Origin: Candidatus Omnitrophota bacterium
GTDB lineage: Bacteria > Omnitrophota > Gorgyraeia > 2-01-FULL-45-10
Assembly (NCBI GenBank): GCA_003142795.1
Contig: PLNN01000017.1
Span: 512 to 64,511, forward strand
Direction: 5' to 3'
DNA: 64,000 nt
The notes beneath the pieces are model-generated. The model was not told the DNA's origin. It searched no databases and saw only the letters and a program-made list of their open reading frames with translations. Both the position numbers and the translations under genes were made by a program. Shown here piece after piece: positions 1 to 9,445 of the stretch; within the stretch, counting starts at the first letter, position 1, and each line of letters starts with the position of its first letter.

Positions 1-22
1 ATATTGATAGTTCCATATGCCT

Positions 23-1057
23 TCAGCGTATCTTATTAAGTTTCTCCAGTTCCATGATCCTATAAGAGCATTTCGTGCACGCGTCTACCTCGTGAGACCG
101 CCCGGCCTTGTGGATGTCCCTATAGTTATCGAAAGCCTTGCTGTGCCACATTTCATATAATGAAACATCCTTAGCGTTGCCCAACGTCATCGCCTGAGCG
201 TCTTTGACGCCATGGATGAGGCACGGAAAGACTGTACCGTCCCACAGTATCATCATCCTTTGCCACAGAAACGGGCATGCCCAATCGCCTTTTAAGTCCA
301 TGCTCGATCCGTCATGCGCGCAATGATAATCCTTTTTAGACTCATCTCTTGCGTCCAGATAAGAGACTTCATCCACTACCGGCTGCCAGAACTTTACATA
401 GTCGCCGAAGGACTCTTTCAGCTCCGGCAGGAGAACTGTCTGTATGCGGATCGCGGGAATAAGGCTCTTTTGTTTGTCGCGCAATTTACGCAGCATCTTT
501 ATCTTCTTCACGACATCTTCATACCGCGCCCCTACCCGGTACCGTTCATATACATCTTTTTTGGTTCCTTCAAACGATATGGAAATACGGTCAAGTTTTG
601 ATGCAATCAGCCTGTTAACTATATCTTCATTTAGAAGAGTGGCATTCGTATTAAAATAGACGTCGACGATCCCGGCCTTTTTTGCATAATCGACCATTTC
701 TACAAGCTGTTTGTGTAATAGAGGCTCTCCCCTGAGGCTAAGTTTTATAGAGAACAAATTACGGGAAACTCCTTCATTAATAATTTTTTTAAACAGCCCG
801 AAGTCCATGAACCCCTTCTCCTCTGGACCCCACTCGTTGAATGTGGAAGCACAAAAAGGACAACGTAAATTGCATAATGAGGTAGCCTCGATATCGAGGT
901 GGATTGGGAATTCTCCGACTGTAAAATTGGCCGGATAGTCATGCCATCTCTTCCTGTATTCTTCAAATCGTTCGTTCCCCGACTTCACATCGAATACCGA
1001 TGTCCGGGTAGCAGTATGAAAATTCGAATTTGCCTGGATATTGATCTTTTTATTCAT
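23..1057 (-). CDS. radical SAM enzyme with C-terminal SPASM/twitch-type cysteine cluster
   Basis: 344-aa ORF. CNLRCPFC (CxxxCxxC) radical SAM motif near the N-terminus. Cys-rich C-terminal region (CPF..CLIHG..CTKCS). Confidence 0.65.
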   Translation of the reverse strand: MNKKINIQANSNFHTATRTSVFDVKSGNERFEEYRKRWHDYPANFTVGEFPIHLDIEATSLCNLRCPFCASTFNEWGPEEKGFMDFGLFKKIINEGVSRNLFSIKLSLRGEPLLHKQLVEMVDYAKKAGIVDVYFNTNATLLNEDIVNRLIASKLDRISISFEGTKKDVYERYRVGARYEDVVKKIKMLRKLRDKQKSLIPAIRIQTVLLPELKESFGDYVKFWQPVVDEVSYLDARDESKKDYHCAHDGSSMDLKGDWACPFLWQRMMILWDGTVFPCLIHGVKDAQAMTLGNAKDVSLYEMWHSKAFDNYRDIHKAGRSHEVDACTKCSYRIMELEKLNKIR

Positions 1058-1066
1058 ATGCGAATA

Positions 1067-1819
1067 TCACTTATCATGCGACGTAGTTGCTTCGTTAAAA
1101 CCGTACCTTTTCAACCAGTACTCCACCATCGGGACCTGCCACTCGTAATCAACATCACAGCCGCCCTCCTGCTTTAGCGGCAGTATTTTCTTTCCCATCC
1201 ACCTTTGCGGCAATAAGCCGTCTTTCAGAGCTTCAAGACATTTGGGCCTTACTATAGAGACGCTTGTGTCAAAGAACCATACGTCACCCTGAGAATCCCT
1301 GTCGCAATTCAATGTCTTCGGGTTTCCGAATGTTTCAAAAGGGACGAATGGATGCAGCAGCCCGTCAGCCCCTACCTTTCTTGCTCTCAGCGGGCTCCAC
1401 ATGTTATAACGCGAAACCGAGATCGCCGAGTCGGCTTCGGGATGCGCCCTTAGCAAAGTTATACCGCGATCGATCAGATCGGAGGTAACTGTCGGGGCGT
1501 TACAAAATAGGAGCACCAGAAATTCGATATCTTTCTTCAGCTCATCTTTTATATATTGATATCCGTGGACATATGCATCTTCGCCAAGCGCCTCTTTTGT
1601 GCATAAATAAGCCGGCCTTTTTATGATTTCGACTCCGCGGGAGCGTGCCAGTTTCATAAGTTCTTCATCATCCGTCGAGAGATATGACCTATCAACTTCG
1701 GCACAGCCAATTGCCGCTTCCATAGGATATGATGCCATCGGTTTACCCAAAACTTTGAATAGATTTTTGCCGGGGAACCCCTCGCTCCCCTTTCTTCCTA
1801 TCAATACCGCAATTACCAT
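1067..1819 (-). CDS. acylneuraminate cytidylyltransferase-family CMP-sugar synthetase (copy 1 of 3)
   Basis: 250 aa. N-terminal GRKGSEGFPGKN resembles the NeuA/PseF/KdsB nucleotidyltransferase P-loop-like motif. Size is typical of CMP-NulO synthetases. Confidence 0.6.
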   Translation of the reverse strand: MVIAVLIGRKGSEGFPGKNLFKVLGKPMASYPMEAAIGCAEVDRSYLSTDDEELMKLARSRGVEIIKRPAYLCTKEALGEDAYVHGYQYIKDELKKDIEFLVLLFCNAPTVTSDLIDRGITLLRAHPEADSAISVSRYNMWSPLRARKVGADGLLHPFVPFETFGNPKTLNCDRDSQGDVWFFDTSVSIVRPKCLEALKDGLLPQRWMGKKILPLKQEGGCDVDYEWQVPMVEYWLKRYGFNEATTSHDK

Positions 1820-1820
1820 T

Positions 1821-2987
1821 TCACGATCCCTTTCTATAATTTTGAAACATCGTCTTATTTTTGCTAATCATCTTTTTCAGAATATTTTTAATGCCGGGAA
1901 ATTTTTCTGCCAAAACTGACCTCGCTCTTTTCATGATCGACATACGATCGTTTGTATAGGCCAATAAATGATCTATGTTCTCGCAGGTCAAAGGCGAATC
2001 GCCTGGTCGCAGAGAAGCCTTTGCTCTAAGCAAACAGTCTCTGGCCTCCTTACATTCCCTGACAGAGAATATCTCATAATTCTTCCTGAAAGATGCGTCC
2101 TTAGCTAGATTATGAGCGAATTGAAAAAACGGTATAGCGTTCAATTCTCTAGCGAATTTTATAAAGTCTGCCAATTCATTCTCATTTTTTTTGTTGATTG
2201 TAAGCGATATGGATAAATTGCTGCCTTTCTTTTTCATAAGTTCCGAAAAGAACCGGATATGTTCCAGCGTTTCCGGCCATCGTGCGGGATATCTCAGTTC
2301 TTCATACAGATCCCTATTGGTCGAGTCTACAGAGATATCTATCAGCCCTAAATTCAATTTTTCAAGAATCGATTTAATGCTATCGCTTAGTATCGTGCCA
2401 TTAGAAATAAGGAACACTTTTATATATGATTTATTCTGACTCAGGTATTCCATAAGCTTAAGATTCGATATTTCGATAAGCGGTTCGCCGCCGTAAAAAA
2501 ATATTATCTGCGCGCGATGCAAAAGCCTCTTTATGTCTTCAAAAAATTTATCAGGGAGCCTAAGCATCGCTTCCCTGTCGCCTCGCTGAAAACAATGATA
2601 ACATTTTAAGTTGCAAGCATAGCTGGTTGAAAAACGCAGCCATCTTGGTCTCGACGCCAGTTCAGCCCTCCCATCCGCGATCTCTTCTTCGTTCTGAACG
2701 GCGTTTTTATAGATTTCGCTGTCTTTAGGTAACTCTTTATACCAGTCGAGTTTCTCGTAATCTTTCCAACCGTGTAGAACAGGACAGCTTTTATGGCATA
2801 TTTCGAATATCCTGCCTTCCAGAAACTTTCGGCGGATGTCTTTATATGCTGCTCCGTTCCATATCTCTTCGATGTTATTCTTGTTTACATTGCCAAGCAC
2901 CATATTATGATTGCAGCAGAATGTAACATCGCCATTCGGGTTATTGACTTCGAAATGAGTAAATGGATAATCACATAAGATCTTCAT
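1821..2987 (-). CDS. radical SAM/SPASM-domain enzyme
   Basis: 388 aa. CNLKCYHC radical SAM motif. Cys-rich auxiliary-cluster region; tightly packed against the neighbouring cytidylyltransferase. Confidence 0.65.
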   Translation of the reverse strand: MKILCDYPFTHFEVNNPNGDVTFCCNHNMVLGNVNKNNIEEIWNGAAYKDIRRKFLEGRIFEICHKSCPVLHGWKDYEKLDWYKELPKDSEIYKNAVQNEEEIADGRAELASRPRWLRFSTSYACNLKCYHCFQRGDREAMLRLPDKFFEDIKRLLHRAQIIFFYGGEPLIEISNLKLMEYLSQNKSYIKVFLISNGTILSDSIKSILEKLNLGLIDISVDSTNRDLYEELRYPARWPETLEHIRFFSELMKKKGSNLSISLTINKKNENELADFIKFARELNAIPFFQFAHNLAKDASFRKNYEIFSVRECKEARDCLLRAKASLRPGDSPLTCENIDHLLAYTNDRMSIMKRARSVLAEKFPGIKNILKKMISKNKTMFQNYRKGS

Positions 2988-3033
2988 AATTATTTTAAAT
3001 TCCTCACCAGCCTATTTTATTCAGGTTCCAGGG

Positions 3034-3747
3034 CTATCTCTTTATTATATTATCAACGTCTTTGATCCTCTGATATACTTTAAGCACATCCTGCTCGTCT
3101 TTTCTGTTTACCACTAACGGCTTTCCATTTGCAGGTCTTAATAATTTGACAAGCATAAAACCATTCCTGCCAAATTCATATTCCCATAACCGCGGATAGA
3201 GGACCCCAACGCCGTCATCGCCCACCATTATCACGTATTTACGCGACACTGCGCACATGTGTTTTATCACATCAAATGAGGGATGCACGAGAGATATGGT
3301 ACTCCCGCCCGAATAGACAAGATCGAACTGCCGGTTATCGGAAACAAGTTTCGGCAGCACCTCCTCGTAACTACCCGCGATCAACTCAACGTTCGAAAGA
3401 TCGAATTTCTTCTTACCATGCTCTATTGCATTCTTGCAGATATCCACCCCGATCAACTTGCTATACCCCAGTTTCTTCATAGCGCTTAGCATAAAGCCGC
3501 AATTGCATCCCAGATCGAGTATCGAATCGCTCTTAGCGATCCTGGCCTCTATCTCGCCGAACAATGTTGGGGTGTGCTTATTGGTGTCGGCTTCATACTT
3601 ATCGTATCCGTGGGGATCTCTGTTTTTCTGATGTTTCCAATAGTTTTTTTGTAAATTTCTTGAAGGATCCAATTTAAAAACAAATCTAGGACAGAAAGTA
3701 AAAAATGGACTCTGTTTATAACTTTTTTCCCTGAATAATCCGAACAC
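3034..3747 (-). CDS. class I SAM-dependent methyltransferase
   Basis: 237 aa. ILDLGCNCGF glycine-rich SAM-binding motif I. Confidence 0.65.
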   Translation of the reverse strand: MFGLFREKSYKQSPFFTFCPRFVFKLDPSRNLQKNYWKHQKNRDPHGYDKYEADTNKHTPTLFGEIEARIAKSDSILDLGCNCGFMLSAMKKLGYSKLIGVDICKNAIEHGKKKFDLSNVELIAGSYEEVLPKLVSDNRQFDLVYSGGSTISLVHPSFDVIKHMCAVSRKYVIMVGDDGVGVLYPRLWEYEFGRNGFMLVKLLRPANGKPLVVNRKDEQDVLKVYQRIKDVDNIIKR

Positions 3748-3767
3748 TTCGGCACCTCACCTTTTAG

Positions 3768-5585
3768 CTAGATCATGATTTTGTTAGTATTATACATCTC
3801 ATGGTATAACCCTTTTATATCCATCAGCGCCTGATGGCTGCCTTCTTCCAAAATCTTCCCGTCTTTAATCACCAGGATCTTGTCGGCATGCATAATAGTG
3901 GAGATCTTATGCGCGATTATAATAACGGTTCTGCCTCTTGCTGAATTATCTATGGCCCTCTGGACGGCTATCTCGGATATGTTGTCCAGGGAATTTGTGG
4001 CTTCATCTAATATCAATATTTCCGGCTTCCTGAAGATGGCCCGCGCTATGGCTATCCGCTGCCTTTGCCCGCCCGATATCTTAATCCCTCTATCGCCGAT
4101 CACTGTATCATATCCCTGCGGAAATTGACTTATAAAATCGTGAGCATTGGCCTCTGTTGCAGCGCTGATCACTTCTTCCATATCAGCATCTTTGGTGCCG
4201 AGCGCAATATTATCCTTGATCGTTCCATGAAAAACAAAACTATCCTGCGTAACTAAGCCTATCTTGCCGAGCCAAGAAGATATGCGAACATTGTTCAGGT
4301 CTATATCATCTATGAATATGCTTCCTTTTGAGGCAGTTAATAGTCGCAGTATAAGATCTACTATGGTGGACTTACCGGATCCGGAGAACCCTACAATAGC
4401 CACGCTGGTACCTTTCTTTATATCAAAGCTAAGATCATTAAACAACGGATCGCGCCCCGGATACGAGAAAGATACGCTTTTAAATGAGATCTTGTCGCTG
4501 AATTTTTTTATCTCTACCATGCCGTCATGCGGCTTCGGGAAATCGGCCATAATACCATACGCTATCTCCACAACAGGAAGAAGCCCGAAAAAAGAGACCA
4601 CCTGGACGCCGAGAAGATTAAAGCATGGGATGATCCTCTGGATAGCGTACCCGACTATGGCGATAATTGGCAAGCTGCTGATAAAACTATTGGCGTAATA
4701 ATACTTCGATACCATCAGAAGGGCAATGAGTGATGACATCACCAAAAATTCGATTATAGCCGGCGGCAATAATAACCATACCGCTTCTTTAATAGTAATG
4801 CGTGAATATCTAACGACCGACGCCCTGAATCTTTCTACCCAAGCGCCGATCGACATAAATACTTTTATCTGCTTAATACCGGTAAATGCTTCGGCGGCAA
4901 TCTCATTTTGCTGTTCAAGCTCAAGGACCTTCTCCGCGCCTAAGCTATATGATACCTTTTTGCCTATAGCCCTTGTTACAAAATAATAAAAAGCAGTCAA
5001 TACGATAATAAATACCGTAACTTTAGGCGATATGAAAAAAAGCATCGCGATTATGACCAGTATCCTTAAAGCATTTACGGCAATTCGCGGTATATAATCA
5101 AAAAAAGTTGATGCTTCCAGAGGAACAGTTATGGTTCGGTGAATAAGCCAACCGTGTTTATGATTAAAGAAAAAGGTATACTCTGAATTTAAAAATCTAT
5201 TGAAAATAGCGTTATGAAAATCTCTCTTAATTTTATATGAAAAGTAACACCCAAGGAACTGACTAAGAAAAGAGAATAAAGCTTTTACTAAAAAACTTAT
5301 TATTAGCAATACGCAGCTCAGGACAAATATATTTTTTATAGCTACGTGATCCGAAATAAACGATATGATCAATGGAATTTTTGAAGGCGATTGAATCGAG
5401 ACCATTCGTTCCAGGGTCTGATTTAAAACTGTGTAAATCAATGCTATGTTGATGCCTTCCATCACCGCGAATACGACAAGTGAAAAGAATACCATCAAAA
5501 CAAGAAACCTGTATGGCCTCAGTAGAAATAGGATCATTTTATAAGTCTGATTTTTCGTAAAATTAAATTTTGCCGCACTACTCAT
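3768..5585 (-). CDS. ABC exporter, fused permease and ATPase half-transporter (MsbA/lipid-A-flippase-like)
   Basis: 605 aa. Six-TM N-terminal half; Walker A GFSGSGKST; ABC signature LSGGQRQR; Walker B ILILDEATNSLD. The true start may be the internal Met at MILFLL. Confidence 0.8.
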   Translation of the reverse strand: MSSAAKFNFTKNQTYKMILFLLRPYRFLVLMVFFSLVVFAVMEGINIALIYTVLNQTLERMVSIQSPSKIPLIISFISDHVAIKNIFVLSCVLLIISFLVKALFSFLSQFLGCYFSYKIKRDFHNAIFNRFLNSEYTFFFNHKHGWLIHRTITVPLEASTFFDYIPRIAVNALRILVIIAMLFFISPKVTVFIIVLTAFYYFVTRAIGKKVSYSLGAEKVLELEQQNEIAAEAFTGIKQIKVFMSIGAWVERFRASVVRYSRITIKEAVWLLLPPAIIEFLVMSSLIALLMVSKYYYANSFISSLPIIAIVGYAIQRIIPCFNLLGVQVVSFFGLLPVVEIAYGIMADFPKPHDGMVEIKKFSDKISFKSVSFSYPGRDPLFNDLSFDIKKGTSVAIVGFSGSGKSTIVDLILRLLTASKGSIFIDDIDLNNVRISSWLGKIGLVTQDSFVFHGTIKDNIALGTKDADMEEVISAATEANAHDFISQFPQGYDTVIGDRGIKISGGQRQRIAIARAIFRKPEILILDEATNSLDNISEIAVQRAIDNSARGRTVIIIAHKISTIMHADKILVIKDGKILEEGSHQALMDIKGLYHEMYNTNKIMI

Positions 5586-5616
5586 GATGCACTTGTATCC
5601 TTTCTATCATTACCCC

Positions 5617-7029
5617 TTATATCGACCCTTCACTATCTTGCATATTTTTCGGCGAACGGTAGTACTGTGTCTTAACTAGATTTTCTTGCTTAATGCCCAT
5701 ATCCAATATCTCATTGCATCGCTTAAGGCCCTCCAAAACGTTGAATTCGAATTCTTTATCGCTCATCTTTGTCATATTCAAGCGCAAATCCTGACGATCG
5801 CCTAACTGCATCAGGTATTCTTCTTCATCTTTAATAAAACCATGTTGGATAGCGTAAGCATACATCGGCGAACCAGGCTGAGGGAGCAGATACCCTGCGG
5901 AAGGATAAATTCTATTTTTGATACAGCAGTCAAAAGTTTCTTTAATCGTCAGAGGAGTCTCTTCCGGATATCCGAATACCAGGCTTGTCCATACTGGCAA
6001 TCCCGCCTTGTGAAATAAAGACGTTTGTCTTGAAAACTGCTCAGGTGTAATGTATTTACACATTGCCTTAAGGATCTCCCGATCGGCTGACTCCAAGGAA
6101 TATGACATACCTAAACATCCAGCTTCTTTCATCTTGTATATAATTTTCATATCTTCATCGCTGGTAAACAAATTTGCACGACAATTAGCCGTCCAGTAAA
6201 AATGTAAATTTTTATCTACTATTTCCTGCGCCATCTCCAAAGCATGCTCCTTAGAATAAAACGTAAGCTCATCCCAGAAGAAAATATAATTCACTCTGTA
6301 TTTTTCGATGGAATGTTTTATTTCATCTACAATGGATTTTGGGGTACGGGGCCGGTATGGGCTCCCGTAAAAATTATGATAGCAGAAGGTGCACTTTGAA
6401 ATGCAGCCCCGTGCCGTATTAACCGGAAGCGCTCGAATTTCTTCTCTGGCTATCGGCAAAGGATCTTTTACTGAAGTTTTAGAATTCTCAATGTATAGCC
6501 CAACATCAAAGATAGAAAAATCTAATAAAGGCATATCTGATATATTTTTAATATTAGGCCGGGCAGGAGTCCTGACAATCGTGCCATTTTTTGGAAAACA
6601 AATGCCTTGTACTGTTTCAAGCGCCCTGCCTTCGTCAATGGCGCGCAGTAAATCCACGATGGTTTCATCACCTTCTCCCATTACTGCGATATTAACCATC
6701 GTACGCGTTAAAAGAGTGTCCACAATCGAAGTTGCTACGGAATTGCCAACAATAATTTTCGCATGGGGTTGATGTTTCTCAATCAATGCCGCTAATGCTT
6801 TAATAATCTTATAGCCTGTGACAATGCAACCCATGCATACAACGTCATATTTTTTCTTTTTGATACTATTCTCCACGTCGCGCTCTGATAAGCGATGCCC
6901 GTCGATATCTAGAAGATCAAAACTGAATCCGGCGTTCTTTATAGCTGTAGCGATATACCCAAGGCCTACGGGAAATAGCTTAACGGGTGACACGGGCCTT
7001 AAGGAAACATTGATGATCAATATGTTCAT
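5617..7029 (-). CDS. B12-binding-domain radical SAM enzyme (class B radical SAM, candidate C-methyltransferase)
   Basis: 470 aa. N-terminal Rossmann-like cobalamin-binding region followed by a CxxxCxxC-type motif (CISKCTFCYH). Confidence 0.65.
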   Translation of the reverse strand: MNILIINVSLRPVSPVKLFPVGLGYIATAIKNAGFSFDLLDIDGHRLSERDVENSIKKKKYDVVCMGCIVTGYKIIKALAALIEKHQPHAKIIVGNSVATSIVDTLLTRTMVNIAVMGEGDETIVDLLRAIDEGRALETVQGICFPKNGTIVRTPARPNIKNISDMPLLDFSIFDVGLYIENSKTSVKDPLPIAREEIRALPVNTARGCISKCTFCYHNFYGSPYRPRTPKSIVDEIKHSIEKYRVNYIFFWDELTFYSKEHALEMAQEIVDKNLHFYWTANCRANLFTSDEDMKIIYKMKEAGCLGMSYSLESADREILKAMCKYITPEQFSRQTSLFHKAGLPVWTSLVFGYPEETPLTIKETFDCCIKNRIYPSAGYLLPQPGSPMYAYAIQHGFIKDEEEYLMQLGDRQDLRLNMTKMSDKEFEFNVLEGLKRCNEILDMGIKQENLVKTQYYRSPKNMQDSEGSI

Positions 7030-7748
7030 GCTGCTCCTCTTAAAATCTTATACTTCAGTTGCGCCATTTTCCAATCTTCCTCGTTATCCAGATCCTGTGC
7101 TTCGGATTCCGTTATCTCAATAGGAACCGTATTGTCCGTGAATATCTTTCTCGTCTTTAAGAAAGCTGTGGAATCTAGCCAATAAAACTGTCCTGCATCA
7201 TGATAGGCGGGCATCAGGTTTTGGGACCTGGAATCAATGTTTTCGGGCCGTATCATCGACAAACGGCCGCCCTCTATCTTCAGCGCCCTCTGGATAGGGT
7301 AACCGAAACGCACAACGGGGATAACAGAGTCAGCATTTCTTTCCTTGAGCAGATCAAAAGCTTCTTTTAGCCTCCGGGACGTTAAAAAAGGCGCCGTAGG
7401 ATATATGCAGCAGCAATATTCAAAATTATCGCCTCTTTTTTTATATTCTAAAAGCACCTCTTCTATCACATCTGCCGTGGTCGCAAAATCGTCTGAGGTA
7501 TGCTTCGATCTCAAAAAAGGGACTTTTGCGCCAAATGAAATGGAAATATCGCGGATCTCTCTATCATCTGTAGAAACCACGACTTCATCAAAACAATGTG
7601 ATGTCAGCGCGGCATCTATTGAATATTTTAATATGGGCTGCCCCATAAAATCTCTGATATTTTTTCGCGGTATTCGTTTGCTTCCGCCGCGAGCGGTAAT
7701 AATAGCTACGCACTTATCCATTTTCTGCCTCCACGCCGATCTCGTCAT
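7026..7748 (-). CDS. pseF: pseudaminic acid cytidylyltransferase-like (CMP-NulO synthetase, copy 2)
   Basis: 240 aa. VAIITARGGSKRIPRKN motif typical of PseF/NeuA. Sits within the pseB-C-G-I neighbourhood. Confidence 0.65.
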   Translation of the reverse strand: MTRSAWRQKMDKCVAIITARGGSKRIPRKNIRDFMGQPILKYSIDAALTSHCFDEVVVSTDDREIRDISISFGAKVPFLRSKHTSDDFATTADVIEEVLLEYKKRGDNFEYCCCIYPTAPFLTSRRLKEAFDLLKERNADSVIPVVRFGYPIQRALKIEGGRLSMIRPENIDSRSQNLMPAYHDAGQFYWLDSTAFLKTRKIFTDNTVPIEITESEAQDLDNEEDWKMAQLKYKILRGAA

Positions 7749-7790
7749 CGAATGCGATGCATATGTATCGAAAATTTATCATTTTATAAA

Positions 7791-8744
7791 TTAAACAGTT
7801 TCAAGATCGAAGAATGTCTCCCCAATGGTTCTAACCGCGACACCGCTTGTGCATGTTGGTACATATTCAATAACCCGCCCCTCCTTCAAATCTATCCACC
7901 ATTTCACATCTTTAAACCCAAAACAATGACGTACATACACGGTGCTTGAAAATCTTGGATTGATCTCAAACGGCACATAGCCATTCTTGCCTTTTCTCAA
8001 CTGAACATTGATTGATCCTTCAAGCGATGATGCCTTAGCAATTTTTTGCGCAAGCGCTGTAAGTTCTCCATCCTGAACAAGCTGGGCATATTTGGTAAGG
8101 CTCCCATATCCCAAATACCTTTTAAAACCAATGGAATAAGTCTCGCGCCCCGTGGAGAATACTCCCATAGTATATTCCTCATCAGGCCCACCTACAATCT
8201 CCTGGACAAAGGCATCTTTCATTCTTTTTTTATAAAAAGAAAGTTCTTCATTATTTTCTATGCGCAGGACACCTTTTGCGCCCCATCCTCTTCTCTGTTT
8301 TAATAGCACGGGAAATGGCATTTCACTCTGAAACTGATCAATAAGAAAAGTTTTAGGGTGTGGGAGATCATTGTTTTTCAGAAAAAGAAAGGTCTCATAT
8401 TTGTCAAAAAACATTTTGATAAGGGCAGACTTGTTAATAAGAACTGTGGTTTTTTTGCCGAAAAATTCTCTGCGTTCATTATAAAATTCAATTTCGATCT
8501 CCGTAGTAGGAATAATACAGGAAATCGATTCCTTCTCCATTATATTTTTAACAAACTCAAAATAATTTTTGCTATCACTCGCATGCGGGGCTTGGAAAAA
8601 TAAATCAACCGCGTTCCTGCCGGCCGCAAAATTATCTACATCACAGCCGAAAAGCGTGACCTCGCATTCTATTCCTTTCAGGCATTTAAGTATGCTTTGT
8701 CCTATATCTCCGCCGACACCAGTTATTAAAATAGATTTCCGCAC
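7791..8744 (-). CDS. ATP-grasp domain protein (carboxylate-amine ligase)
   Basis: 317 aa. Short-form carbamoyl-phosphate-synthase-like ATP-grasp architecture. Located between PseF-like and the phosphoesterase. Confidence 0.55.
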   Translation of the reverse strand: MRKSILITGVGGDIGQSILKCLKGIECEVTLFGCDVDNFAAGRNAVDLFFQAPHASDSKNYFEFVKNIMEKESISCIIPTTEIEIEFYNERREFFGKKTTVLINKSALIKMFFDKYETFLFLKNNDLPHPKTFLIDQFQSEMPFPVLLKQRRGWGAKGVLRIENNEELSFYKKRMKDAFVQEIVGGPDEEYTMGVFSTGRETYSIGFKRYLGYGSLTKYAQLVQDGELTALAQKIAKASSLEGSINVQLRKGKNGYVPFEINPRFSSTVYVRHCFGFKDVKWWIDLKEGRVIEYVPTCTSGVAVRTIGETFFDLETV

Positions 8745-8746
8745 AA

Positions 8747-9439
8747 CTATCGCTCTTTTCTCTGTAAGATCTTGTAAAGATATGAATTTTTTTCTCTGCG
8801 CTTCATCACATCTCGCACCATCAGCATATTGTCATACTGAACTCTTTTGAACTCTACAAGATCCGAATCAATATCAATTATCGCATACGACGCACTATTA
8901 TAGTCCCGCGGCTGGCCGATCGATCCGGGGTTTATAATTCTTAATCTGCCTATCTTCCTGTCCATTGGATAATGAGTATGCCCCAATATCACAAACCGAT
9001 ATGGCAATCGGCTGAACCTATCAAGGCAGTCTTGAGGATATACGTATTCCTCTAAATAGTTCCAGGGACTCCCATGAAACATCCCTATGTTAAAATCGTC
9101 TAAAACATTCACTTTAGGCAACGCCCTTAAAAAGGATATGTTTTCTTCAGTTATATATTTCTTCAAAAGGCGCGAAGAATTTCCATAAGCTTCACTATAT
9201 TCCTTTTCTAATTTTGGATCATCGAGCATTTTGAGAAATATATCATCATGATTACCCGCTACACAATAAAGATTCTTCTCGTTTTTGAGAATATCGATGA
9301 TCTCATTCTGATAATAATAATATCCGCAAATATCGCCGACAAAACAATACAGATCACACGTTTCGGCGATTAGAGATCTCCACGCTTTCTCGAAAGCGTA
9401 AATATTCCCATGTACATCCCCGAATATACCTATTTTCAT
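8747..9439 (-). CDS. calcineurin-like metallophosphoesterase
   Basis: 230 aa. GDVHGN, GDxxD and GNHD metal-binding motifs. Confidence 0.7.
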   Translation of the reverse strand: MKIGIFGDVHGNIYAFEKAWRSLIAETCDLYCFVGDICGYYYYQNEIIDILKNEKNLYCVAGNHDDIFLKMLDDPKLEKEYSEAYGNSSRLLKKYITEENISFLRALPKVNVLDDFNIGMFHGSPWNYLEEYVYPQDCLDRFSRLPYRFVILGHTHYPMDRKIGRLRIINPGSIGQPRDYNSASYAIIDIDSDLVEFKRVQYDNMLMVRDVMKRREKNSYLYKILQRKER

Positions 9440-9445
9440 ATCTAT

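Noticed and set aside
23-7029. RiPP biosynthetic cluster (SPASM radical SAM maturases plus ABC exporter plus methyltransferases)
   Set aside because: Intergenic gaps are at most 46 nt, so there is no room for a precursor peptide. The exporter lacks a C39 peptidase domain. All neighbours are nucleotide-sugar enzymes. Sugar tailoring is more parsimonious, though not proven.
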